Of a stretch of 64,000 nt of DNA, positions 8,763-17,898 are shown one piece after another. Source of the DNA: an uncultured Bacilli bacterium. GTDB lineage: Bacteria > Bacillota_I > Bacilli_A > RF39 > UBA660. The DNA is taken from assembly GCA_947598395.1 (NCBI GenBank), contig CANQFG010000002.1, positions 7,813 through 71,812 of the forward strand, written 5' to 3'. Below the pieces are notes generated by a model, which saw nothing but the letters and a program-made list of their open reading frames with translations, was not told the origin of the DNA and made no database searches. Positions within the stretch are counted from its first letter, which is position 1, and every line of letters begins with the position of its first letter. A program made the translations under genes and the position numbers.

Positions 8763-9932
8763 ATGTTAAATAATGTTTCCGTTAAGGAAAGTAAAAAAGT
8801 CGCGATAGCTTCTGATGTCCATGATTTTTTAAATCCCGATCGCGTCTATGTTCCCATTCCCGAAGGTTATAAGATCATCATTAAGAATAATGAACTCATC
8901 AATAAGGAGCAAGCCGTCTTAAAGTATGATGATAAGAGTATTTATAGTCCCATATCGGGGCGTATTATTGGCATAAGTGATTCGCTATGTATCAAAAATC
9001 AAAAAGTTGTCTCTTTAGTTATCGAAAATGATTATCGCGAACACGTGGCTAAAAGGCATGGCTGTGTTAAGAATATCGGATCATATACCCTCGAAGAATT
9101 TACGAATATTATTGCCAAATATAATGCCTATGATAAGGAAATCAATTATGAAGCTGAGACCATGATCATCAACGGCGTCGATAAAGATCCCTTTGAAAAG
9201 GCGACGAGTTTTTTGATCGATAAATATTCGGCTCAAATATTGGAAGCTATCGATGCCATAAGTAATATTTTAAAGATCGATAATACGATCTTAGCTATCA
9301 ATAATAATGATTCATTAAATGTCTTGAATTTGACGAATAATATTGGAACATATCCCAATATTCATTTAAAACTTGTTCCCGATATATATCCCATTGGCTT
9401 TAAAGAAGTCTTGATTAAGAATTTAATTAGTAAGAGACAAGAGGAAAAGGGGTATATATATTTTACGGTTATGGATATTTTTAATATATATAATGCCTTA
9501 AAGAGACAAAAACCCAAGACGGAGAAATTTATTACTTTAAGTGGCGATGCCATAAGTGAAAATATGGTCGTCAATGTCAAACTGGGTTCGACTTTAAATG
9601 ATCTAATTAAGGATTGTTGTGAAATCGTCAAGGAAAACTATTTTGTCGTAATCAATGGCCTTATTGCTGGAACGACGATTGAATCTCTAAATACGATAAT
9701 TACGGATGATATTCGCAGTGTATTTCTATGTACGCGGCAGAAGGAAAAGGAACAAGTCTGTATTAACTGTGGATTATGTACGAATAAATGTCCCGTTGGG
9801 TTAAATCCCAAATATATCAAAGAACATCGCAAGGCTTCGTTTGAAGCGTGTCTCGGATGTGGACTATGTACGTACATCTGTCCATCGAAGATCAATTTTA
9901 AAAAATATTTAAATGAACCCCGAGAAGATTAG
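8763..9932 (+). CDS. RnfC-like protein with two 4Fe-4S ferredoxin motifs
   Basis: C-terminal CINCGLCTNKCP and CLGCGLCTYICP. The middle block MIINGVDKDPFEKATSFLI parallels RnfC vIINGAECEPYLt.D but with the Cys/Glu replaced. It lies immediately upstream of an RnfD-like gene. Confidence 0.6.
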   Translation: MLNNVSVKESKKVAIASDVHDFLNPDRVYVPIPEGYKIIIKNNELINKEQAVLKYDDKSIYSPISGRIIGISDSLCIKNQKVVSLVIENDYREHVAKRHGCVKNIGSYTLEEFTNIIAKYNAYDKEINYEAETMIINGVDKDPFEKATSFLIDKYSAQILEAIDAISNILKIDNTILAINNNDSLNVLNLTNNIGTYPNIHLKLVPDIYPIGFKEVLIKNLISKRQEEKGYIYFTVMDIFNIYNALKRQKPKTEKFITLSGDAISENMVVNVKLGSTLNDLIKDCCEIVKENYFVVINGLIAGTTIESLNTIITDDIRSVFLCTRQKEKEQVCINCGLCTNKCPVGLNPKYIKEHRKASFEACLGCGLCTYICPSKINFKKYLNEPRED

Positions 9933-9941
9933 GAGGCAATT

Positions 9942-10850
9942 ATGAAAAATAATGTCTATGTTCGCAGCAATAAATCGATATATTCGATAACTCTAATGCG
10001 ACTCGCATCTTTAATACCGATGTTTTTATATGGATTTTATAAAAATGGTATCTATCTCTATCAAAATCATTATGGCGATCTTTTAGATATGATGCGGCCC
10101 TTAATATTCTTGATCAGTGGTGGTTTGATGGGAGCGTTAGTTAATTTTTTATGGGAAAAATTGATTAAACATAATAAGGGCGATTTAAAGAGTATCTTAT
10201 TTTCTTCCTTTACCATCGAATATGGCGTCTTTTTAGGAGCGATATCGAGTATTAATACCAATCTATTGGTCTTTTTGAGTGTCGTCTTCATCGGCTTATT
10301 GGCAACACGCCTTTTTAATAATCGCCTGAATGTCACGGCTGTATGTTTTATTGCTTTATATCTCATATCCAATTTTATCAGTCCCTATGACTTTGCCAAT
10401 ATCTATGAAAAGTCCAAAGTATTCTCGCTTACGCTTATGGATTATTTAATTGGTCGGGGGATCGGGGGCATCCATAGTACGCATATCATCTTTTTGTTTA
10501 TCGCCTTGCTCATCTGCTTTCTGACGAATAATAACAAAACGACGATTACCATAAGTGCGATTGGAACCTGGTCTATCCTCTTGGGCCTTTTCTGCCTTAT
10601 CAAAGGTCAAGATTTCTTAAGTCCCTTTTTTGCCAACAACTATTTATTTATCTTTGGCTTTATTGCTACGGATATGGTGAGCAGCTGCTATACCAAAAAT
10701 GGGGAACTGGCCTTTGGAATTCTCCTCGGTATCTTGACTTTTGCCCTTTATTTTGTAAATCCCGTCTTGGCACCATTCATTGCTTTAATCATCGTAAGTA
10801 TTCTCAATAATTTACTCGATCGCCTCATGAAGCCATTGAAAAAACATTAA
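9942..10850 (+). CDS. RnfD/NqrB-like polytopic membrane protein
   Basis: Multi-TM protein. FGFIATDMVSSCYTKNGELAFGILLGILT parallels the RnfD/NqrB block F.ATD.VTsP.T..G...fG...G.lT. Strong RBS AGGAGG. Confidence 0.55.
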   Translation: MKNNVYVRSNKSIYSITLMRLASLIPMFLYGFYKNGIYLYQNHYGDLLDMMRPLIFLISGGLMGALVNFLWEKLIKHNKGDLKSILFSSFTIEYGVFLGAISSINTNLLVFLSVVFIGLLATRLFNNRLNVTAVCFIALYLISNFISPYDFANIYEKSKVFSLTLMDYLIGRGIGGIHSTHIIFLFIALLICFLTNNNKTTITISAIGTWSILLGLFCLIKGQDFLSPFFANNYLFIFGFIATDMVSSCYTKNGELAFGILLGILTFALYFVNPVLAPFIALIIVSILNNLLDRLMKPLKKH

Positions 10851-10886
10851 AGAAATAATATAATAAATTTAATAGAGGTGAAGATA

Positions 10887-11243
10887 ATGAGCAAATTCTG
10901 TACGAATTGTGGTCAAAAGGTCAGCGATGATCAAGAGACGTGTTTAAATTGTGGCAAGATTTTAAAGGAACCGGTAAAGAATGAAGGATCGGGAAGTAAT
11001 CAATCCTATACGCCGAAGAAGAGCAAGATTGTGGCCGGTCTATTGGGCATCTTTTTGGGAATGTTTGGCGTTCATAATTTCTATTTGGGATATACGGGTA
11101 AGGCCGTTGCCCAACTATTGATTACGGTCTTATCTTGCTGTGTCCTTTCCGAAGTATCGGCTATTTGGGGCTTTATCGAAGGTATTTTAATCCTCTGTGG
11201 CAATATCAATAAAGATGCCCAAGGCAATGATTTAGTTGATTAA
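10887..11243 (+). CDS. zinc-ribbon + TM2 domain membrane protein
   Basis: N-terminal CTNCG...CLNCG zinc ribbon. TM2-type block KSKIVAGLLGIFLGMFGVHNFYLGYTGKAVAQLL. Confidence 0.75.
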   Translation: MSKFCTNCGQKVSDDQETCLNCGKILKEPVKNEGSGSNQSYTPKKSKIVAGLLGIFLGMFGVHNFYLGYTGKAVAQLLITVLSCCVLSEVSAIWGFIEGILILCGNINKDAQGNDLVD

Positions 11244-11313
11244 GTAGTCAAATAACATAAAAACATATTAAAAATATGTTTTTTTTATGATAAGATAATA
11301 ATATGGTGAGAGT

Positions 11314-12459
11314 ATGAAGAGAATAATACGTGGTATTGATATTCCATTATTGATTACTAGTTCATTATTATGCCTATTGGGTTTAGTTATGATCTTCAGT
11401 GCATCTTCTATTTCATCAGTCTTACAATATGGTCAATCCGAATATTATTATTTGATTCGCGAAGTTATCTTTGTCTTGATGGGCGTATTCATCTCGTTTA
11501 TCGTCATTCGCGTTCCCCTTCGCGAGTATAATGTCATATCGCGTTTGGGAATGATTGGAATTATTATCTTATTGTTGGCTTTAAAGACTTATGGTACGGT
11601 TGTCAATTCGGCTAATAGTTGGTTTCGCATCGGATCTTTTTCCCTTCAACCTAGTGAATTTGCCAAATCGATTATCATTTTATATTTGGCCAGTTGGTAT
11701 GGCCATAAAAAGAATTTTAAATCGATATATGATTTATTTTTGCCCTTATCGTTATGCGTCGTCATCTTTGGGCTTGTCGCGTTAGAACCGGATTTAGGAA
11801 CGGCGATTATCATTGCCGTCATATGTATGTTTATCTTTTTTTCGCTACCCATTCAAAAAAATAAGATAATGAATATCCTAAAGGCGAGCGTGGCCATCGT
11901 CATCCTCTTGGGCATCTTTATGTTGCAATTCAATCAAGAATATTTGACGGATTCCCAAGCTAGTCGGTTTATCTTTAAACATCCGTGTGATCGTTATTTA
12001 GAGGAGACGGGGTATCAAGTATGCAATGGCTATATCGCGATTAATAATGGGGGCTTATTTGGCGTTGGCCTCGGCAAATCGACGCAGAAGTATCTATATT
12101 TACCGGAAGCCCATACGGACTTTATCTTTCCAATTATCGTCGAAGAGTTGGGTCTCGTCGGGGGTGGATGTGTCTTGCTTTTATATATAATATTGCTGTA
12201 TCGCATCTTGGCCATTGCGCGCAATGCGACGAATTTGACAGCTTCGATCATTGCCTTTGGAACATTTGCCTATATCTTGACCCATATCGTCGTCAATCTC
12301 GGTGGTTTGCTAGCGCTCATTCCTCTAACGGGTGTACCACTTCCATTCTTGAGCTATGGTGGTAGTTTTATGATCAATTTGATCTTCATGTTGACGCTTA
12401 CCCAAAGGGTGGCAATCGAAACTAAGATGCGGAAGACGCAGATTCAAAGGAGAGGATAA
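11314..12459 (+). CDS. SEDS family peptidoglycan polymerase (FtsW/RodA)
   Basis: FSLQPSEFAK, PEAHTDFIFPIIVEELG, LIPLTGVPLPFLSYGGS. Confidence 0.9.
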   Translation: MKRIIRGIDIPLLITSSLLCLLGLVMIFSASSISSVLQYGQSEYYYLIREVIFVLMGVFISFIVIRVPLREYNVISRLGMIGIIILLLALKTYGTVVNSANSWFRIGSFSLQPSEFAKSIIILYLASWYGHKKNFKSIYDLFLPLSLCVVIFGLVALEPDLGTAIIIAVICMFIFFSLPIQKNKIMNILKASVAIVILLGIFMLQFNQEYLTDSQASRFIFKHPCDRYLEETGYQVCNGYIAINNGGLFGVGLGKSTQKYLYLPEAHTDFIFPIIVEELGLVGGGCVLLLYIILLYRILAIARNATNLTASIIAFGTFAYILTHIVVNLGGLLALIPLTGVPLPFLSYGGSFMINLIFMLTLTQRVAIETKMRKTQIQRRG

Positions 12460-12460
12460 T

Positions 12461-13138
12461 ATGGCGGTTAATTATGAAAAATTGAATATCTTGATCGATG
12501 GCAATTATATTACCAATCAAGAAGATTTAATTCGGGCAATCAATGAACTAACATATGAATTTAATACCCGCGAATATCTCGAATTGATGGCCAATAATCT
12601 ACGTTATAGTAATCTTTCTAATAAAGATGAATTAGAAGATGCCATCAATTTAAAATTATTTGAATTTCTTAATATCGAAGCGCAAGCGGATAAGAAAGTA
12701 GTTGGTCAAGTAATTAATAGGGGGGATTTTAATAATTTACTTACTAAACAAAATACGTACAATGAAGAATTAAGTACTTTAGAGAAAAAGAGATTAAATA
12801 TGTATGTCGAAATCCTTTTAACAAAAGAAGCCGATCATACCATAACCGAAGAGGAACAAGGCTTATTAAATGCCTATGTCAATCCTTTACTAAGTATTTA
12901 TGACGATGCCTTGGAAGTTGTAGAGAATCATCCTTTAGATGATATAACGATGCGCCAAATTAGATCTTACTTAGCTAATCGCGAATCTTTGCATAATAAA
13001 TATAAGAAGGATATACCAACTTTAAAAAAGGAATATCATGATCGGGATTTTTCCAATGGCGTTGCCAATGTCATTATCCTCTTATCGATTGGCATTATAG
13101 CAATATTTGCAATTATGATTTTATCTCTTGCGAAGTAA
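12461..13138 (+). CDS. hypothetical tail-anchored protein
   Basis: Helical, acidic 200-aa region followed by a single C-terminal TM (VANVIILLSIGIIAIFAIMILSL). The start lies 1 nt after the SEDS gene stop. Confidence 0.5.
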   Translation: MAVNYEKLNILIDGNYITNQEDLIRAINELTYEFNTREYLELMANNLRYSNLSNKDELEDAINLKLFEFLNIEAQADKKVVGQVINRGDFNNLLTKQNTYNEELSTLEKKRLNMYVEILLTKEADHTITEEEQGLLNAYVNPLLSIYDDALEVVENHPLDDITMRQIRSYLANRESLHNKYKKDIPTLKKEYHDRDFSNGVANVIILLSIGIIAIFAIMILSLAK

Positions 13139-13177
13139 AAATAAGTCAAGTATAATTAATCTTAAGGGAGAGAAAAA

Positions 13178-13720
13178 ATGGATTATATAGAAGAAACAGA
13201 ATTAAGCATGATGAAGGCTTTAGAAAATTTAGAAGCGCGTTTAATTACAGTTCGAGCTGGACGAGCTAATGCTAGTATGCTCAATGGGATTATGGTCGAT
13301 TATTATGGAACCCCAACGGCTATCAATGCCCTTGCCAACATTACCGTACCGGAAGCTCGGCAATTGTTTATTAAACCTTTCGATCGAAGTGCCTTAAAAG
13401 ATATCGAAAGAGCGATCAATGAGGCAAATATTGGTATTACACCTACTAATAATGGCGAAATTATTATTTTAACGATTCCTCAACTTACGGAAGAGACGCG
13501 TAGAAATTATGTCAAACAAGTTCATGAGATGGGTGAACAAGCTAAGGTAGCTTTACGCAATGCTCGGGCGAATGCCAATAATGCCATTAAAAAGGATGAA
13601 TCGTTAACCGAAGATAATGAAAAAGCCTTGATGAATGATATTCAAGATTTAATCAATGAATATAATAAAAAAGTCGATGAAATGATTAAAGAAAAGGAAA
13701 ATGAGTTAATGAGTGTTTAG
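13178..13720 (+). CDS. frr: ribosome recycling factor
   Basis: Full-length match to the RRF pattern (LITVRAGRANASMLNGIMVDYYGTPT..., IPQLTEETRRNYVK). Confidence 0.95.
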   Translation: MDYIEETELSMMKALENLEARLITVRAGRANASMLNGIMVDYYGTPTAINALANITVPEARQLFIKPFDRSALKDIERAINEANIGITPTNNGEIIILTIPQLTEETRRNYVKQVHEMGEQAKVALRNARANANNAIKKDESLTEDNEKALMNDIQDLINEYNKKVDEMIKEKENELMSV

Positions 13721-13853
13721 CTCGTTTTCTTTTTTAGAAAATAATTTGCTTAAACTATGTAAATCTTGTCAAATTAATTGACATTTTTGCTTGCCATTAT
13801 TGCATGAAGTAGGGCTTTTGGTTATACTAAAAAATATAGAATAGAGGTAAATT

Positions 13854-14486
13854 ATGACAAAGAAAACGACAAAAACAAATAGCAAAATACCCCAAAACCG
13901 AAAAATACGCGGGGGGGGGTCACATAGCTCATCTCGTGAAAAACAAAGAACAGGGATAGCTATTGCAATATTATTAATGGCCATTGGTTTCGCAGCCGTA
14001 ACGACGACATTGACGATCAATGGAACCATTAAATATGGATATGATAAGGACAAATTTATCGTAAAGTTTACTGCTGCAACATTAGATGAAACGGAAGCTG
14101 GTGAGGGTGTTGAAAATCCTAAGATCGATGAAAGTGGTCAATCGATAACTTATACGACTAAGGATTTAAAGACGATTGGTGAATCTAGTGTTTTGGATTT
14201 TACGGTTACCAACCAATCGACTCAATATGATGCCAGTGTAACAATTGAATGTAAAGAAAGTGACGCTGAATTACCTAAAACAAAGCTTGTTGATAGTTAT
14301 GTAACCCTTACTGAAAAGTTTGGTGAAGATGATGCTGAAACTCCGGTTACAATAACGGCCAATGGTGGAACCGCTAAAGGCAAAATTACAGTTACTTTAA
14401 TAAAAGCAACTACGGAAGCTAGGGATACGACATTTAAATGTACTCTAACTGCTACTCCAGTTGAAATAACTAGTCGAGCTAATTAA
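13854..14486 (+). CDS. family paralog 1 (small): basic tail + signal-anchor + two-Cys N-module
   Basis: SREKQR-TGIAIAILLMAIGFAAVTTTLTINGTIKYGYDKDKFIVKFT, ...YTTKDLKTIG.SSVL.FTVTN.STQYDASVTIEC..., ...FKCTLTATPVE. RBS GAGGT. Contains an in-frame G9. Confidence 0.8.
   Translation: MTKKTTKTNSKIPQNRKIRGGGSHSSSREKQRTGIAIAILLMAIGFAAVTTTLTINGTIKYGYDKDKFIVKFTAATLDETEAGEGVENPKIDESGQSITYTTKDLKTIGESSVLDFTVTNQSTQYDASVTIECKESDAELPKTKLVDSYVTLTEKFGEDDAETPVTITANGGTAKGKITVTLIKATTEARDTTFKCTLTATPVEITSRAN
13911..13919 (+). repeat. G9 homopolymer inside the CDS (codons 20-22, GGG GGG GGG)
   Basis: Read directly: cgc ggggggggg tca. G8 or G10 would produce stops within 3-16 codons, before the hydrophobic segment. 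Confidence 0.95.
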
Positions 14487-14554
14487 TATACTAATGATTA
14501 AATTATCATATCCATAAAAATGTATATCATTAATATTATGGAAGAGGTTAAATT

Positions 14555-15226
14555 ATGACAAAGAAAACTACAAAAAAATCGACAACTAAAAAAGCTCCAA
14601 TAACCCAAAAAGTAACAGGAGCAAGTAGACATAGTACATCACGTGAAAAACAAAGAATGGGGATTCTCATCGCCATTCTATTAATGGCAATCGGATTTGC
14701 CACGGTTACAACAACTTTAACAATTAATGGAACTATTAAATATGGATATGATAAAAATGACTTTATCGTAAAATTTACGCAAGCAGCAGTTGATGAAGTT
14801 GAATCAACAGCAAGTGAAGGAAATAAACCAACAATTGGTGATGATGGTAAGACAATCACATATACGACAAAAGATTTGAAATCATTAAATGATAAGAGTG
14901 TTTTGACATTTACTGTTTCAAATGGAAGTAGTCAATATGATGCTAGTGTTACTATATCTTGCGAAGCGGTAACTAATGCTGAAACCGAAGAAACCGAAAC
15001 AACGACGGCAGCAACTTCTAAAAACGTTAAGGATTATGTAACTGTTGAAGCAAAAATAAATGGTCAAACGGCTTCTGAAGCTGTTCAAATTGACGCAAAA
15101 GGTAATAAACAAGGAACAGTAACTGTTACTTTAAATAAAGTTTCCATCGACGAAATGACTGGTAAGGTAACTTGTAAACTAAATGCAACGCCAGTTGAAA
15201 GAAATAGCGCAGCTACTGGTGAATAA
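14555..15226 (+). CDS. family paralog 2 (small)
   Basis: Same architecture and motifs as 13854..14486 (SREKQRMGILIAILLMAIGFATVTTTLTINGTIKYGYDKNDFIVKFT; QYDASVTISC; VTCKLNATPVE). Confidence 0.8.
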   Translation: MTKKTTKKSTTKKAPITQKVTGASRHSTSREKQRMGILIAILLMAIGFATVTTTLTINGTIKYGYDKNDFIVKFTQAAVDEVESTASEGNKPTIGDDGKTITYTTKDLKSLNDKSVLTFTVSNGSSQYDASVTISCEAVTNAETEETETTTAATSKNVKDYVTVEAKINGQTASEAVQIDAKGNKQGTVTVTLNKVSIDEMTGKVTCKLNATPVERNSAATGE

Positions 15227-15253
15227 TCGTAAAAAGCAGATGGAGGAAATATT

Positions 15254-15889
15254 ATGGCACAAACGAATTCTAAAAAGAAAACGACAGCTAAAAATACTAA
15301 AACAAGAAAAATAACAAATAATAATCATAATACTTCTCGTGAAAAGCAAAGAACTGCTATTGCCATTGCCATTTTACTTATGGCCGTTGGCTTTGCAGCC
15401 GTTACGACAACATTAACAATAAATGGAACAATTAATTATGGATATGATAAAGATAAATTCATCGTTAAATTTACTGAAGCATCATTAGATGGCGTAAACT
15501 CGAACGACGTAGAAGAAGGTAAACCTACAATTGATTCTGAAGGACATACGATTACTTATACATCAAAAGAATTAAAGACGATAAATGAAGAAAGTGTGTT
15601 AACTTTTAAGGTTCAAAATCAATCAACCCAATATGATGCTACTGTTAATATTAAATGTGAAGAAGTTGATGATCGTGGTGAGAATTCTACTACAAAATTA
15701 GTTAATAAATACATTACTCTTAATGGAAAACTCGGTGAAAATGAGCAACCTACTAGGATTGATGCTGGTAGTACTGCTGATGGTACAGTAACCGTTAAAT
15801 TGATTAAAGCTACTGTTGATGAACAAAGTACAAATATCAAGTGTACTTTAGAGGCTACGCCATTAGAAAGAACATCATCAACTCAATAG
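15254..15889 (+). CDS. family paralog 3 (small)
   Basis: Same architecture (SREKQRTAIAIAILLMAVGFAAVTTTLTINGTINYGYDKDKFIVKFT; QYDATVNIKC; IKCTLEATPLE). RBS GGAGG. Confidence 0.8.
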   Translation: MAQTNSKKKTTAKNTKTRKITNNNHNTSREKQRTAIAIAILLMAVGFAAVTTTLTINGTINYGYDKDKFIVKFTEASLDGVNSNDVEEGKPTIDSEGHTITYTSKELKTINEESVLTFKVQNQSTQYDATVNIKCEEVDDRGENSTTKLVNKYITLNGKLGENEQPTRIDAGSTADGTVTVKLIKATVDEQSTNIKCTLEATPLERTSSTQ

Positions 15890-15892
15890 TAT

Positions 15893-15912
15893 AGAGCATA
15901 TGCTCTTTTTTT
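15893..15912 (+). terminator. rho-independent terminator after the paralog triplet
   Basis: AGAGCA/TGCTCT palindrome followed by a T run. Confidence 0.6.
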
Positions 15913-15931
15913 ATAAAATAAAACCATTAGT

Positions 15932-16117
15932 TTACGAATTACTAATGGTTCTAATTAAATAATATACTAGTGGAGCTAGGAAAGATGCTAGCATTGCTAT
16001 AAACATAAACCAGATAAATACTTTAGTTATAAAGGGAGTATCACTGGTTTTTTTCTTTTTTGATTTATGTTTCTTTTGGGCAATTTTTATATTTCCAACT
16101 TCATTTTTATCATCCAT
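15932..16117 (-). CDS. small membrane protein, unknown function
   Basis: The ATG at 16117 lies 8 nt after GGTGA. Lys-rich N-terminus followed by one TM (VFIWFMFIAMLASFLAPLVYYLI). Confidence 0.5.
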   Translation of the reverse strand: MDDKNEVGNIKIAQKKHKSKKKKTSDTPFITKVFIWFMFIAMLASFLAPLVYYLIRTISNS

Positions 16118-16197
16118 AATATTTATCACCTATCTAAAATTATATCTTAAATGTCATATAAAATAAAGATAAAAATATATTTAAATAGGTGAGAATT

Positions 16198-16743
16198 GTG
16201 AAAAATAATCGTCATATTATTATCTTTGTAAGTATTTTAGTAATAGCCTCTATAATAACGGGATATATCTATGGAATTAATAATTATTATGATCTAACGG
16301 AATATATTAAACAATTGACGACTCATAATAATCAATTTTTACCACATATTGCTATTTTATGTGCCTTTTTATTTTCGACAATATCATTAGCAGGTATTAT
16401 CTTTGAAGTTATATATATTGGTTTTGAAAGTATAAGTATTGGTTATTTATTGGCAATATTTTATAGTAATTTTAAATTTAAGGGGATAATATTTAGTTTA
16501 GCAGTTATTGGAATTAATAAACTTTTCTTTTTAATTATCTTATTTTATTTATTCTATGTAAGTTGTCATTATATACGTAAGAGTATTAGAAATATATTAG
16601 GTATGAATAAAGATTATATTGAAGTAGTTACTAAACCATTATTACTTAAATATGCTATTATGTTTGGTTTTTTAATTATCTATGATCTATTTGTCTATCT
16701 TTTTGGCAATAATATTTTAAATTATTTGACTTTTATGCTATAA
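16198..16743 (+). CDS. polytopic membrane protein (possibly SpoIIM/DUF95-like, tentative)
   Basis: 4-5 predicted TM segments. The GTG at 16198 follows AGGTGA. Start uncertain (the tracked start 16189 lies inside the RBS). Confidence 0.45.
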   Translation: MKNNRHIIIFVSILVIASIITGYIYGINNYYDLTEYIKQLTTHNNQFLPHIAILCAFLFSTISLAGIIFEVIYIGFESISIGYLLAIFYSNFKFKGIIFSLAVIGINKLFFLIILFYLFYVSCHYIRKSIRNILGMNKDYIEVVTKPLLLKYAIMFGFLIIYDLFVYLFGNNILNYLTFML

Positions 16744-16765
16744 TGCCTTTTGGAAGTGGTTCTTT

Positions 16766-17875
16766 ATGGCTAAAAAGGTCGTTGTTGGGATGTCAGGGGG
16801 CGTTGATTCATCAGTTGCCGCTTATCTTTTAATTAAAGAGGGTTATGAAGTAATAGGTTTATTTATGCGGAACTGGGACAGCATGTTAAATAATGATATT
16901 GAAGGTAATCCCAATTTAGGAAATAATATTTGTCCTCAAGAACAAGATTATAATGATGCTTTGGCGGTCTGTGAAAAATTGGGTATTCCTCTATATCGTG
17001 TTGATTTTATTAAAGAATATTGGGATAATGTCTTTACTTATTTTTTAGATGAATTAAAAAAGGGAAGAACGCCTAATCCCGATTTGATGTGTAATAAATA
17101 TATTAAATTTGATTCTTTTATTAAGGAAGCAAGAAAACTGGGTGCTGATTATATAGCTACGGGTCATTATGCCCGAATTAAAGGTTGTAAATTATATCGA
17201 GGGATAGATAGTAATAAGGATCAATCGTACTTTTTGGCGCAATTGGCACCTGATCAATTAAAGGATGTCTTATTTCCTGTAGGAGATTTAAAAAAGGAAG
17301 AGGTACGGGAAATTGCTGAGTCTTTGGATTTGATAACGGCTAAGAAAAAGGATTCGACGGGTATATGTTTTATTGGAGAGCGTAATTATCAAAAGTTTAT
17401 TCAAAATTATTTAAAACCTAATCCTGGTGATATTATCAATGTCGATACGTTAGAAGTAATTGGCAAACATAGTGGACTTATGAATTATACGATTGGGCAA
17501 CGAAGAAATGTAGGCGTAAGTGGTTTTCAATATAAGCATTTTGTCGTTGGTAAGAATGTCAAAGATAATATTTTATATGTTGCTTTTGGCGATGATCCTG
17601 AGACATTGTATTCCGATGAGTGTATTATCGATAATGTCAATTTTATATCACCTAATCATCCGGCTTTTTGTACGGCAAAGTTCCGTTATCGAGGACCTGA
17701 TAATGAAGTAATGCTCGAATATCTTGACAATAATGAAATACGCGTCCGTTATCCTCAAAAAGTTAAAGCAGTTACTCCTGGGCAAGCATGTGTTTTATAT
17801 TTAGGAGAGCAATGTTTAGGCAGTGGCATTATCAAAGAAGTTCGCAAAAATAATGAAAAATTATGGTATCTATAA
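16766..17875 (+). CDS. mnmA: tRNA 2-thiouridine(34) synthase
   Basis: VVVGMSGGVDSSVAAYLL PP-loop, DQSYFL, and a full-length MnmA pattern. Confidence 0.95.
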   Translation: MAKKVVVGMSGGVDSSVAAYLLIKEGYEVIGLFMRNWDSMLNNDIEGNPNLGNNICPQEQDYNDALAVCEKLGIPLYRVDFIKEYWDNVFTYFLDELKKGRTPNPDLMCNKYIKFDSFIKEARKLGADYIATGHYARIKGCKLYRGIDSNKDQSYFLAQLAPDQLKDVLFPVGDLKKEEVREIAESLDLITAKKKDSTGICFIGERNYQKFIQNYLKPNPGDIINVDTLEVIGKHSGLMNYTIGQRRNVGVSGFQYKHFVVGKNVKDNILYVAFGDDPETLYSDECIIDNVNFISPNHPAFCTAKFRYRGPDNEVMLEYLDNNEIRVRYPQKVKAVTPGQACVLYLGEQCLGSGIIKEVRKNNEKLWYL

Positions 17876-17876
17876 A

Positions 17877-17898
17877 CGTCGATTATTCGACGCTTTTT
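17877..17898 (+). terminator. rho-independent terminator of mnmA
   Basis: CGTCG (17877-81) pairs with CGACG (17888-92), followed by CTTTTT. Confidence 0.6.
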
